The position numbers and the translations under genes are program-made. A DNA stretch of 64,000 bases from a virus, in the IMG/VR virus record IMGVR_UViG_3300025942_000003, positions 3,213-67,212 of that record, one strand, 5' to 3'. Position 1 is the stretch's first letter; the number at the start of each line of letters is the position of its first letter. Below, in pieces: positions 47,043-57,800 of the stretch. The notes beneath the pieces were generated by a model. The model was not told the DNA's origin. It did not search any database and saw nothing but the letters and a program-made list of their open reading frames with translations.

Positions 47043-47726
47043 ATGCGGCCTAATGAGGTCGTTTTAACTGTTAAGTGCTTACTCGGCGAATGGTCCGAGC
47101 GGGATAAATATGTTGAATATCTACGCTCGCCGTTCAGGGTAAGTACCTTCAAAACCCTGCCCATGCTGAAGGCGGAACTGGCGCATCTCGAAGCTCAGGA
47201 TGTCGTGATCTACACGGAGCATGAGCGACGCGATTTGCGACAGGATGGATGGGTACGATCTGACCGTGCGCCTCGTGGCCCTGGCGTGATTCTTACATTC
47301 AAGAGGCGAATGGACGATGGGCGTTGGGAAGAATTGCGGTTTCCCTGTCGAACTTTTCCGCTGTGGGAAGATAATCTGCGTGCGATTACTTTGGCTCTAG
47401 AAGCGCTGCGCAAGGTTGATCGTTATGGAGTCACAACTGGCGCGCAGTACACAGGGTATCGCGCCCTTCCTCCCGCTGAACCGGGCACGCAAGGGCAAAC
47501 GCCTGAACAGGCAGCGGAGTTCATCGCTAACTCAGCGCAGGTCGATCCTGCTACTTATGCGCATTTAATGGTTGGAGATCTTACATTGGCGGAACACATC
47601 TTCAAACGCGCCTCCAAGCGTCTGCATCCTGACGTTGAGGGCGGATCTGCCGAAGCATTTGCTCGCTTGGAAAACTCAATAAGTCTCTTGCGTGAACATC
47701 TGAACGGGCATAAGGTGAATGACTGA
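47043..47726 (+). CDS. Phage J-domain (DnaJ-like) protein
   Basis: PGVILTF, DNLRAITLALEALRKVDRYG, C-terminal KRLHPDVEGGS. Confidence 0.8.
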   Translation: MRPNEVVLTVKCLLGEWSERDKYVEYLRSPFRVSTFKTLPMLKAELAHLEAQDVVIYTEHERRDLRQDGWVRSDRAPRGPGVILTFKRRMDDGRWEELRFPCRTFPLWEDNLRAITLALEALRKVDRYGVTTGAQYTGYRALPPAEPGTQGQTPEQAAEFIANSAQVDPATYAHLMVGDLTLAEHIFKRASKRLHPDVEGGSAEAFARLENSISLLREHLNGHKVND

Positions 47727-47878
47727 AGACGCACACGGCTCCCGCAGCGCTGAAGGGGGATGTATTGCGATAGTCCTAATCCTGTTTGGGATCGTAATTG
47801 GAATAGGTTTGAGTGCGGGGTTTGTGTGGTACTGGCTTCCAGGATGTAAGTAAAGTTGGCTTAGGAGTGGAGAACTAG

Positions 47879-48850
47879 ATGCAAGCAACACCTATCGGGT
47901 GGACCGATTTCTCTTCAAACTTGCTGAAATACCTTGATGCCGAAGGCAACGTAGTACATGCCTGTGTTCGCATTTCTGAGGCTTGTAGATTTTGCTATGC
48001 ATGTGCGCTTGCGGGACGGTTTGGTCGGAAGGGGAAGGACTTCACGGCTGAGAACATGAAGAAGCTAACGCCGTACTTCGACACCAAGGAAGCGGATCAG
48101 GTTCTAAAGGCCAAGAAGATCACAGGTAAGAAAGTCTTCGTTGACGATATGACTGATCTGTTTGGTGAATGGGTGTCTGATGAAATTATCGATCAGCACT
48201 TTGCGATCTTTGCCATGCGTCCAGATGTGACGTTTCAAATCCTCACGAAGCGCGCGGATAGGATGATGCGCTACCTAAACCGAGACATCGAAGATCGGCT
48301 TGATGACATCTGCCACGAGCTCCCCGGCGCGTTAGATGTGACATGGCACTATCCGGCCGAGTGGCCGTTACGCAATGTTCACGCGGGTGTCTCAGTCGAA
48401 GATCAAAAGAGCGCCGACGAACGAATTCCGCATCTACTTGAAGCTTCGGCGGTGGTCAGATGGATTAGCGCAGAGCCATTGCTGGGCGGCATCAATGCTC
48501 GCACATGGTATTGCGCGTGCGGATGGAAAGGATCGGAGTCAACGCTATTGCCTTCGCCTTCGTCGTCGCTTGTGTGCCCGAAGTGTGGAGGATCGGGCGG
48601 CTTGCTATATCGGAACTGGCTAGACTCTGACGAGGGCCGCAGAACTGCGATTGACGGGATCGTGATCGGCGGGGAATCGGGCGCGGGCCATAGAGAAATG
48701 CCGCTGACCGAAGCGTTAGCGCTTGCCGAATCAGCGCGAGCGGCAGGCGTAAGCGTTTATGTAAAGCAGGACAGTGGTCCAAGACCGGGAATGCAAGGCC
48801 GAATCCTTGATGATGTTTGGGCAATGAAGGAATGGCCCACTGCTAACTGA
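47879..48850 (+). CDS. Gp37/Gp68 (DUF5131) radical-SAM-like protein
   Basis: IGWTD, CVRISEACRFCYA, FVDDMTDLF, FQILTKR, GVSVEDQ, ISAEPLLG, VIGGESG, VYVKQ. Confidence 0.88.
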   Translation: MQATPIGWTDFSSNLLKYLDAEGNVVHACVRISEACRFCYACALAGRFGRKGKDFTAENMKKLTPYFDTKEADQVLKAKKITGKKVFVDDMTDLFGEWVSDEIIDQHFAIFAMRPDVTFQILTKRADRMMRYLNRDIEDRLDDICHELPGALDVTWHYPAEWPLRNVHAGVSVEDQKSADERIPHLLEASAVVRWISAEPLLGGINARTWYCACGWKGSESTLLPSPSSSLVCPKCGGSGGLLYRNWLDSDEGRRTAIDGIVIGGESGAGHREMPLTEALALAESARAAGVSVYVKQDSGPRPGMQGRILDDVWAMKEWPTAN

Positions 48851-48859
48851 AAGGATCTT

Positions 48860-49102
48860 ATGCCACCATCCCCTAAGCAACAACGTGTGTACAACTTTAT
48901 CCGCGGATACATCACTTCCAACCACGGCGAAGCTCCTACCATTGCAGAAATAGGTAGACAGTTTCAGTTACGCTCATCTGCAAGCGTATATGACATCTTA
49001 GTTGCTCTAGAGAATCAGGGATTGATTGAGCGAACACCAAACGTGTCGAGAGGGATAAAGCTAGTTACCGAAACACAGAGCCCGCCTGCACCATCTGCTT
49101 AG
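48860..49102 (+). CDS. Stand-alone LexA-type DNA-binding domain
   Basis: KQQRVYNFI...APTIAEIGRQFQLRSSASV...LENQGLIER...SRGIKL; no peptidase domain. Confidence 0.85.
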   Translation: MPPSPKQQRVYNFIRGYITSNHGEAPTIAEIGRQFQLRSSASVYDILVALENQGLIERTPNVSRGIKLVTETQSPPAPSA

Positions 49103-49163
49103 TTGAGGTTTAGTGTCATTCGTGGCGAAGTATACATTAGTTACGCTTGAAAACCGCGCAGTT

Positions 49164-50399
49164 TTAAGCTGCGGCAACGGTCCATGCGCTACCATTGTAA
49201 TATGCGAGTACATGATTCGAACCGCCGCCGGTGATCGTCGCGCCCCATGTTGCCGTGGTGCTATCAGTGACGGGAACCATCATTCCCTCAACACCTGTTG
49301 GCAAGTTAGCGACCGTGACCGGGTTGCCCTTCCAATACTGCGACCTTATTCCCTTAAAGTTATTTGCGTCCCCGCTCTTCACTTCAAAGTAATCGTTTAC
49401 ACCGTTGGGCTTCTGGAGACTGATGCCGCTGTTTTGATCACCCATTGTGAAGCGCATTTCTCCGCCCGTGCTTCCCCCCGCCGACATCTTCATGAATCCA
49501 GCGCCGTAGCCGTGCAGATCCCAGTTGTTTTGTGAGCGGAAAATCCCGCCGTTTGAGACTACATCGAAGCCCGTGATCGTGTCCCAACGGTTTGAGCCAC
49601 CGCCCAGACTTAGACCGCGATCAGTTACCGGAGACAGTGAACCAGTGCTAAGAATGATTCCATTCCCCCCGCCACTGACGCGCAGTACCAAATTCTGCGG
49701 TCCTGTTGATCCGGTCCCCGTTGATAGAATCTCGCCATTACCGCCAGTGAATGTAAATTGAATCCAACGTGCGTTTCCAGCCCCATCGTCGGTGTTATGC
49801 ACCTTGAATGTTTGATTATTGGTGGTGTTACGTTGTGAAACCGTGTTCGCGCTATCAATAGTGAGCGGCGCAATACTTCCACCACCCGTACTGTCAATCG
49901 TTAGCGTACCGGCCGGATCGTTGTAGGTAATGGTGATATTTGAGCCAGCAACAACCATTGCTGCAACAGTGTCTTGTACTTGCTCTGTATTTAGTCCAGA
50001 TCCGGGCGGCACACTGAACCCGCCTGACGCATCAAGGTATTTTCCCGCAGCCGCATCCCCTGCTCCCGGTGCTGGTACTAATCCCTTCGTTCCGCCTGAT
50101 CCTGAATCACCAACGAAGGCATTTAGAATTGCTGTGGCTTGTGTGGGAGTAAGGTCTGTAGGATCCCCCGTTCCGGCGCCGACTGCCCGGCCCTTGATCG
50201 TTGCTTGGGCCATGTTTGCAAGCTTTGCGTTAGTCACGGAATCATCAGGAATAGAAGCGGCGCCAAGGTTGCCTATTTGAACCTTTTTCGATGATCCTTC
50301 AGGGCTGTCTGTGGTGTCGGATACGTCAACGGTCGTAATAAAGTCAGTTGCGGCCGGTGTTGTATCTTCTGGTAAGTCAACAATCTTTTGATTAGGCAT
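49164..50399 (-). CDS. Tail fibre / receptor-binding protein
   Basis: VTNAKLANMA, KGLVPAP, EQVQDTVAAM modules; Gly-rich; last gene of the tail operon. Confidence 0.75.
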   Translation of the reverse strand: MPNQKIVDLPEDTTPAATDFITTVDVSDTTDSPEGSSKKVQIGNLGAASIPDDSVTNAKLANMAQATIKGRAVGAGTGDPTDLTPTQATAILNAFVGDSGSGGTKGLVPAPGAGDAAAGKYLDASGGFSVPPGSGLNTEQVQDTVAAMVVAGSNITITYNDPAGTLTIDSTGGGSIAPLTIDSANTVSQRNTTNNQTFKVHNTDDGAGNARWIQFTFTGGNGEILSTGTGSTGPQNLVLRVSGGGNGIILSTGSLSPVTDRGLSLGGGSNRWDTITGFDVVSNGGIFRSQNNWDLHGYGAGFMKMSAGGSTGGEMRFTMGDQNSGISLQKPNGVNDYFEVKSGDANNFKGIRSQYWKGNPVTVANLPTGVEGMMVPVTDSTTATWGATITGGGSNHVLAYYNGSAWTVAAA

Positions 50400-53300
50400 C
50401 CTGTTTCTCCAAAATATCCCCGTCTTGCGTTAGATATAAAAACCCATCCATCAGCGCGAGTCCGTTCAGCGTTCCAAACCCAACAATAATGTCTGCCGTA
50501 ATTGGATCTGAGCATCCCCATTGATTACAAGCGACTGCCTCAACTGTGTATAGACCATCAACACTCGCAAGGAATTCAAATACGCCTTCACCATCTTCGT
50601 TAGGCGGGAGTCGTGAATTAATTGATTCATCGACTACAACACCGCCACGAAGTATCAATCGGATTTTTGCGTACTGTGCATAAACAGAGTCACCAAAGAT
50701 AACACCACCACGGATTGAGGTTAACCCTGCTGACCCATCTGTGGCTTGCATTAGACCATCGGGCGGAAAGTCTTCATCATTGAATTGAATGTCTGGAGGT
50801 GGTGCCTGAAAGTTAGGTAATCCTGCTTCAATTGAGGCGTCAACCGGATCAGGAATCAGATCGCTGAATTGATCTCGCGAGTAGAGCCGTGAGACAAAAA
50901 AGATTTCTACGTTGTTGCGAACTTGCGCATCTTCGATCCGCATTAAGACATTGCGATAGTTTCCTGAATCATCTGAGGCACAAATAACATCCCCTTCATC
51001 AAGCAATAAGGCCCTGCCCGTTGACCCTAGCTTAAAGAACTTATCTCCAGCCCGAAACTTATTAAGTAGGGCATTACACCGTCTTGCGTCTTGGTTGTAG
51101 TTGTCGATCGCGGAATGATCTGGTTCGAATGGGCTGACTTTTATATAATCTTCCTGATGCGGATCGTCGTTAACAACAATCGGGAATTCGCCAAAGTCTT
51201 GTATTGCTTCTCTGTGAGTTGCTTTGATCTGATTGATAACCGGCTGGCGAGATGCTTCCGGCCATTCAAATGTACCATCAAGAATGTTCGCCCGAGCGGT
51301 ATCAGCGTAAGTCAGTGCTTTGCCTGCGAATGAACCTAAGACCCTCGTGAGTTCGGTCCCTTCTTCATGCTCTTCCTCAAGTTCAGAGGCTAAAACCAGG
51401 ACGCCAATTTTCGAGTAAATTGTGACCACATTATCTTCGGCGTGGGCTTCGATGTATTCTCTCAGAATCGGATCTGCGTTTATGACGCAGGCCATCCGAT
51501 GTCCGATGATTGAAGAGGTTTCCCCGTTAACAAGATCGAGCACACAATCAATACTGTCTATGGTTACGGTAATGCTTGATCCGTTAGCCAGAGAGCCTCC
51601 AATTGTCACTGTAGCGGACGATTGGACGGTATCGGAGCCTCCGCCCAGGGTTGCAGCAGAAGCTACAGCCGTAGGCCCGCCTGACGCAGAAGCGGCTAGC
51701 GTAACCTCATCCCCGAGATCGGAATAAATGGCTTCTGCAATCGGACGCACTTCTGAGAGGTTCCCGCCGATATGGAGTTTTCCGTGGAGCAGGTAAGGTG
51801 AGCCTAGCGTGTTCTTCCAAGGCAGGACATCATTGACAATCAACTCCGTGGCACCGACATCGCTTGATACCCTTAACTTAGTCCGGTCTGCCGGCCGCTC
51901 GCTATCGATTACGAGTTGGCCTTTAGCGTTCCAGCGGAAGAACAGTCCAAACGTAGGCCCGATTTGATCGTGGATAACATCAATGACCTTTTTGGATTGA
52001 GATAGTTCAGTATTGCAGGTGTTTCGCTTTCGATAGGCAATCAGGAGATCTAAAGATGTTGGGGGAGCACTCGGATCATAGAATTCATATTCCCCAATCG
52101 CGTCGCCACCTGATCCAACATTAATCAGAGATCGAGCAGGTACGCCGGCGGGAATCTGTGTGCGGGTAGACTCAAAGGATTGGGGACCAAGCAATCCTGT
52201 GGAAGTGTAGCGCCGGAAATCCACCCCCGCTTTCGAGACTTCGGTATTAGGTAGGAGCGCTCGTTCTGCATTCGTTTCGTCTTTAATTGCGCCGCAATTA
52301 TAAGCGGCTGCATAAGCGCTCTGAAAATCATCAATCATATTTTCAGGAAAGTTAAGCGCAGAAGGTTCTGTAAGCAGCCAACGAACGTGATCGACCGGAT
52401 TGTCCGTCCAGTCTTCGCCGGGGCATCCGGTGGGATTGACGCGCATCGACGCCCACAGTCTCGAGACTTGTTCCGGAGTCCACGCAATCCCGTTGTACAT
52501 TCCTAGGCGTGTGGTGCCCTGGCTTTGATGAATGGCACCAGCAAAAAGATTAGGTGTGTAACCAAATCGCCACGGTGAGTTGTTGAAATCAGAAAATACT
52601 ATCTCGCCCGTAAACGGCTGCCGGTCCCTCAGGCACCCTTGCACATAAAGACTGATCGTTGTGCCATCGTAGACAAAGACGATTAAGTACGGCGTTCCAT
52701 CTTCCGCAATTGGTCCATAGGATAATTGCCCTGACCCGCCGCCAATTGCGCCATTGCCAAACGAGGCGAAGATGGTGTCCGAACCAAGACCCAAACCAAA
52801 CGATAGACCAAAGGGCACACCGCCGGCGGTATCTGTGCCGCGATTCAGAATAAAAGACTGGTCAACATGCGAGGTGATGCGTCCGACAGCAACCCATGTT
52901 TGGATGCCGCGTGGATCAAGATCGCCCCCAGAAGGCGCTGAGAGAAATCCAAATCCTCCCGAGACAAACCGCGAATCAGGATCGGTTTCAACTGGGATTT
53001 CAGGAGTTGAGATATTGAGCGTTGGTGAGTTGTCGATCACATAAAAGCCGTGATTGCCGTTTCCACTCGAGTCGGTCATGCCGCCTGGTGGTGTTGGGAA
53101 AATCCCGCCGTAGATAGTTTCTTGTGTTTTGAAGTAGAAAGTAGGAGTGCCTGGCTCAAACATCGCCGCATCAAAACTATCTGCTGGTGCCGATGGCGCA
53201 GTAACAGACGAACCCGGACTGGTAACGCCTCCCGATCCGTCTCTAAGTTTCCCCGTGCCATCCGGATCAACGTCGAAATAGATTTGATCGGGAACTATCC

Positions 53301-54444
53301 CCGCCACTACGGACGAGATAGCCGGAGCCGGGTCCTCTGTTTCAATATCTGAGCCGGTGCAGTAGCCGGTTAGGTATGCCAGTCGTGAGTGAAAACTATG
53401 ATCAGGGAACACGTTATCGGCAGTTTGTGATCCGTCACCACCATACTCGCCTAAATGTTTTGTTACCCCTTGGGGTTGATTGAAGCCGAGCGACTCATTT
53501 CTGATATTTATGAAGTCGTGGATCTTCCCGCGACAGGCCGCCATCTTGAAATTGATTGATGTGCCAACATCCTGAAACTGGAGCGGGATGAGTTGCCTAT
53601 ACCAGCGACCAAGAATTACGGGTATTACATTTCCATAGGGTGTGCCATCATGCGTGGAGTTGTTGACTGTAACTTTGCGTCTACTAATTCCCGGCAGGAT
53701 GTTGAGGATCTTCTTGAAAAAACTCTCGTGTGACTTATGCAGGAACGAGCTCTCGATTTGAACGATGCGCGTGCCCTGGAAGAACGGACGATTATCATAG
53801 AAAATACATTTCTCTTCGGTCTTGTTGCAGACCGTTCCGGCCTGATACTCTGCGGACTTTTCTGAGAGTAGTTCCGTGCCAAGACACTCTGGCCCTTTGA
53901 ATTTAACAGTGCAGTGCTGTTGGAATTGATAGCGCGGGATCAGGGCTTCGACATTGCCAACATCCTGCTTGGCTGAAATGGAGCCACTCTCACGGTTAAA
54001 GTTATCGGGTTTGTCACATCGACCGGCGAAGAGAACAATCGAATTAGCCAGGACCGCTATGCTATTGCCGATTGTTTCTGCCGCAGAGAGTGAGAGAATC
54101 CGAACGACAAGCTTTTTCCCTTCAACCCTATTCGAGTTGACATACCGAGCCATGTAGCGGAAGCCATCAATGTCATTATCGACGTTAGAAAATCGAATCG
54201 TAACGGAGTTGATCTGCTTCTTTATTGTCTTGTCCAGTGTGACGGTGGCTTTTACTTGCCGCTTATATGTGACTGGCCCAAAGGGAAGTACATAATTGAA
54301 GCCCGCAAAGGTTCGTTCTGCATCTCGGGGATCGAATCCACTGCTTGAATCATAATCACTGGAATATATTTCGAAGACCGCGAACAGATCGCGATCACGC
54401 GAGTCGAGAACAACCTCCAAGTATGTGCCGATGTTGAGTTGCAT
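50392..54444 (-). CDS. Central tail/tip protein with an inserted LamG (concanavalin-like) domain
   Basis: 1350 aa; PYGNVIPVILG, WTDNPVDH, LLDEGDVI; insert DSSGNGNHG...YDGTTISLYVQG. Confidence 0.8.
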   Translation of the reverse strand: MQLNIGTYLEVVLDSRDRDLFAVFEIYSSDYDSSSGFDPRDAERTFAGFNYVLPFGPVTYKRQVKATVTLDKTIKKQINSVTIRFSNVDNDIDGFRYMARYVNSNRVEGKKLVVRILSLSAAETIGNSIAVLANSIVLFAGRCDKPDNFNRESGSISAKQDVGNVEALIPRYQFQQHCTVKFKGPECLGTELLSEKSAEYQAGTVCNKTEEKCIFYDNRPFFQGTRIVQIESSFLHKSHESFFKKILNILPGISRRKVTVNNSTHDGTPYGNVIPVILGRWYRQLIPLQFQDVGTSINFKMAACRGKIHDFINIRNESLGFNQPQGVTKHLGEYGGDGSQTADNVFPDHSFHSRLAYLTGYCTGSDIETEDPAPAISSVVAGIVPDQIYFDVDPDGTGKLRDGSGGVTSPGSSVTAPSAPADSFDAAMFEPGTPTFYFKTQETIYGGIFPTPPGGMTDSSGNGNHGFYVIDNSPTLNISTPEIPVETDPDSRFVSGGFGFLSAPSGGDLDPRGIQTWVAVGRITSHVDQSFILNRGTDTAGGVPFGLSFGLGLGSDTIFASFGNGAIGGGSGQLSYGPIAEDGTPYLIVFVYDGTTISLYVQGCLRDRQPFTGEIVFSDFNNSPWRFGYTPNLFAGAIHQSQGTTRLGMYNGIAWTPEQVSRLWASMRVNPTGCPGEDWTDNPVDHVRWLLTEPSALNFPENMIDDFQSAYAAAYNCGAIKDETNAERALLPNTEVSKAGVDFRRYTSTGLLGPQSFESTRTQIPAGVPARSLINVGSGGDAIGEYEFYDPSAPPTSLDLLIAYRKRNTCNTELSQSKKVIDVIHDQIGPTFGLFFRWNAKGQLVIDSERPADRTKLRVSSDVGATELIVNDVLPWKNTLGSPYLLHGKLHIGGNLSEVRPIAEAIYSDLGDEVTLAASASGGPTAVASAATLGGGSDTVQSSATVTIGGSLANGSSITVTIDSIDCVLDLVNGETSSIIGHRMACVINADPILREYIEAHAEDNVVTIYSKIGVLVLASELEEEHEEGTELTRVLGSFAGKALTYADTARANILDGTFEWPEASRQPVINQIKATHREAIQDFGEFPIVVNDDPHQEDYIKVSPFEPDHSAIDNYNQDARRCNALLNKFRAGDKFFKLGSTGRALLLDEGDVICASDDSGNYRNVLMRIEDAQVRNNVEIFFVSRLYSRDQFSDLIPDPVDASIEAGLPNFQAPPPDIQFNDEDFPPDGLMQATDGSAGLTSIRGGVIFGDSVYAQYAKIRLILRGGVVVDESINSRLPPNEDGEGVFEFLASVDGLYTVEAVACNQWGCSDPITADIIVGFGTLNGLALMDGFLYLTQDGDILEKQDA

Positions 54445-54848
54445 CAGGAGGGGTACTTACCGATCACCACCTCACGCTTCTGAATTCCCTTAACACTAGT
54501 GTGGTCCCTTTCGTACGAGATGAATCGACATCCTGTAACTGTATTGCCTTCCTGAAAGGTCCAGGGATGATCACGGGGCTCTACAAAAGTGAACGGTGTA
54601 TGCAGACCGTGCGCATCCCAAAACTGATCAAGAATATTTGCGTCTTCATCAGTTAGACCATCGTAGGACAATTGGTACTCTTGTAAGCAGTTGCTTGCGC
54701 TGGTGTTGGTATCAATTGAACCGTCCTCAAACTTCGATATTAGGGTTAAGCTGGCCCAATCCTTTCGGACTTTTAAAAACTTAAGATAAATAGGACCAGT
54801 GTCGTAAGTGGCGCTATGTAATGGGGTGGGATAAACATCTTCCGGCAT
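54444..54848 (-). CDS. Distal/minor tail protein (gpM-like)
   Basis: Follows the TMP; YQLSYDGLT...LDQFWDAH...PFTF. Confidence 0.7.
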   Translation of the reverse strand: MPEDVYPTPLHSATYDTGPIYLKFLKVRKDWASLTLISKFEDGSIDTNTSASNCLQEYQLSYDGLTDEDANILDQFWDAHGLHTPFTFVEPRDHPWTFQEGNTVTGCRFISYERDHTSVKGIQKREVVIGKYPS

Positions 54849-57800
54849 CAGTCAACGCCTCCGTCATTTATAATTATCTGCCTCAGTTTGCCCCCGCTGT
54901 TATAGTTGGCTCCCACTACTTTAACTATGTGCGAGTCGTTGCTCTGAACTTCGAGGATTATTCGTTGAGTTGAAATCTGCGGTGCTGTACCTGCGTTACG
55001 TGAAAGGGTTACAGGATTAACTTGACCCGTACCGCCGCGCGAACCGTTGTTTGCGCCAGTGTTGGAGTCCTTTGGCTTGAACAGATCGCCCGCTGCTGCT
55101 CGTCCTGCTAGTGCCGCAACGCCACCAATTGATGCCCATATGCCCGCGGCCGTGAAGTGCGCTGCGGACTCCGCTGGATTAAAGAATAGCGTGGCGAATC
55201 CAAGCGCTAGTTCCTTAATTGCGTTGACCGCAGCCTCCGCAGCGATTGAGGCTAGCGCCTGGGCCAGAATCTTCCGCATGACCGCCGGCCCGGTTTCACC
55301 TAACAGCACCCAATTGGCGACTACTTGACCTAACGCGTCCGCGAACTGAGAAAACGTATCTCGCAGGATTTCGCCCAGAGGTCGAATAGTAGTTTCTGTC
55401 TCGGCGACAAACGCTCTCATCGAATCTTGCAATTCGGCAAAAGCCCGTTTCACCGCCTCAATCGGAGAGAGGATTGCATCTTTGATAATCCGAGCGAAGT
55501 CGTCTAAACCTTCAGCGTCGAACCCCAATCGGCCTAAAGGCGTGGCTTCCTTCTGGGCCAATTGCGCCTCTCTAAGAATGCGTTCCTTCTCCTTCTCGGA
55601 TCGTTGTAGTTCTGCCCCTTCTTCATCGTGAAGCGCCGCCTTCTTCGCGTTGGCCGCGGCAAGATCGTCAACCGCTTTCTGATACTTGGCACTGGTTTCT
55701 TTACCTGCTGCCTGTAGCGTCTTGAGTCGGCTCTCAAGGATTCGGATATGGGTATCGTTTGCGCGCTGGTCTTCTCGAATTAATTCAAGTTGTGTCTCAT
55801 GGCGTTTGGCGGCATCTGCTAAATCAAGTTGCAATTGAGCATCAATGATCGCCTTGCGAGAGACGAAGTGGAGGCGCATAAGGTTAATAACTTCTTGTGC
55901 GGTATCCTGCTGAATGCGGAAGATGCGATCCTCAATTTCCTTTAACTGATTAAGGTAGTTTCGCTCATCCTCAATGTCCTTCCTGCGTCCCTCGCGGATC
56001 GCCTCATTACCTTGGGCCTGAATTGTCTTCCGCTGCTCGGCAAGAATCTTCAATCGGTTATTGAGTTCTGCTTCAGTGCGTACTCGCTCATCAACGTCGA
56101 CAATAGTCTTTGCCGCTTCCAGTCGCGCGCGCGTTGCTTCAATCTCTTGATCGATCAGGTCCAAACGAATTTGCAGAATGCGTTTCGCCGCTTCTTCCTC
56201 GGTAACGACACGCCGATCCGCCAGTGCCTCAGTGGTTTCAATAATCCGCTCCGCGACAATCCGCTCGAGTTCCAGTGTCGTCTCGAGTTCACCAATCTTG
56301 ATGTCGCGGATGCGTTCAGCGGTAGCACGTTCGCGCTGTAAACGTCGGGCGCGCTGCTCGTCATCTAGCCGATCCGCTTCCTGATTCAGTGCTTGAATGC
56401 GGTTGTTCAGATCCTGTTGTTCGGTAACAGTGAGGAAGCCGATGCGTTTTTGTTCTTCCAGCCCTTCGCGCCGTGCATCGATCTTTGCTCGCTCTAATGC
56501 CTCTATAATGGTTAATCCCTCAGATTCGACCGTTGCACCGCGTGCGATCGATGCTTCGATAACCTTGATTTGTCTGTCGAATTCGTTGACCAACAGATCA
56601 GTTTCATTCCCTCGTTGATTACGTATTGAGTCGGCGCGTTCTTTGGCGGCCTTTGCTCTCAACGCTGCGCTGGCGACATCAAACTCATTTTCCTTGTCTA
56701 ACCTCTCTTGTTGTAGCTTGCTGATTTGATCGCTCAGTTTCCTAAAGTTGTCCTCAAATTGAGTGTCAGCCCGATTCAGCCCTTTAATTTCCGTCTCACG
56801 TTGAGCCAATATCGCATCAATACGAGATCTCTCTGCGTCCAGCACCTTCTTATTGTCCGCAATAAGCTGCTCCGATTGTTTCTCTCGATTAATGCGACCT
56901 TGCTGAAAGAGTTCATCAAGCGCCTGGTTGGTTTTTGCCGCCGCTCGACGTGCTGCTGCGACTACCGCTTCAGCCGTCCGCGTTGCTTCGGCTTCTATCT
57001 CTTCGCGTGATGGCGCTCCCGGCAATGGCACAGGAGCAAGCTGCGGGATGGAGATCGCCGGGATATTCTTCAGCGCTTCCATCTCTTTTATCTGTCGCAC
57101 CAGCCCCTTAAAATCGCCTGTTAACCCCAACACAATCAGCGACAGTCCGCGCATCGAACTTGCGAACGCTCGGGCAGTCGGACCAGCGATCGTATTGAAT
57201 ATGTTTATTAGTGGGCGGGCCGCAGTAACGACTTCTCCAAAACTTCGTACGATGTCAGTAAGTGCTGGAATGAGATCACGAACAGCCACGGCACCCAACG
57301 CACGGATCTGGAAATTTAGAATTGCTAATTCATCGTTGAACTTGTCTGCCGCGCGTGCATCGTCTACTGAGATCAGGATGCCCAACTCACGAGCTCGTTT
57401 AATTACCGCATCAAGATCACCGCTGCTCTCCTTCAGAATTGCGAGCATCTGCTTGCCACCGCGCGTTCCGAACAGTTCTGCCGCGGCATTGGTCTGTGTA
57501 AACCCTTCTGGCATTTGAGCCAAAGCGGAGAGCGCATCGCGTAGTGCCGTTTCGGTATCTGAAATACTGATGTCGTATTTATTGAACAGATCGGCGGCCT
57601 TGCTGAGAGGATCTTGGGCCTCTTCCAGTTTGCGCTGAAAGTTAATAAGAGATTGCGTGAGGCTCCCGATCTCTCCGCCGGTTGTCTTTGCCACAATCTC
57701 CAGCGCTGAGAGCGTTTCGACTCCGACGCCCGTTTGTTGGGCGAGGTCAAACATCCGTCCCTGAAACTCGGCGGTGGACTTGCTAAGTTCAACAATCTCC

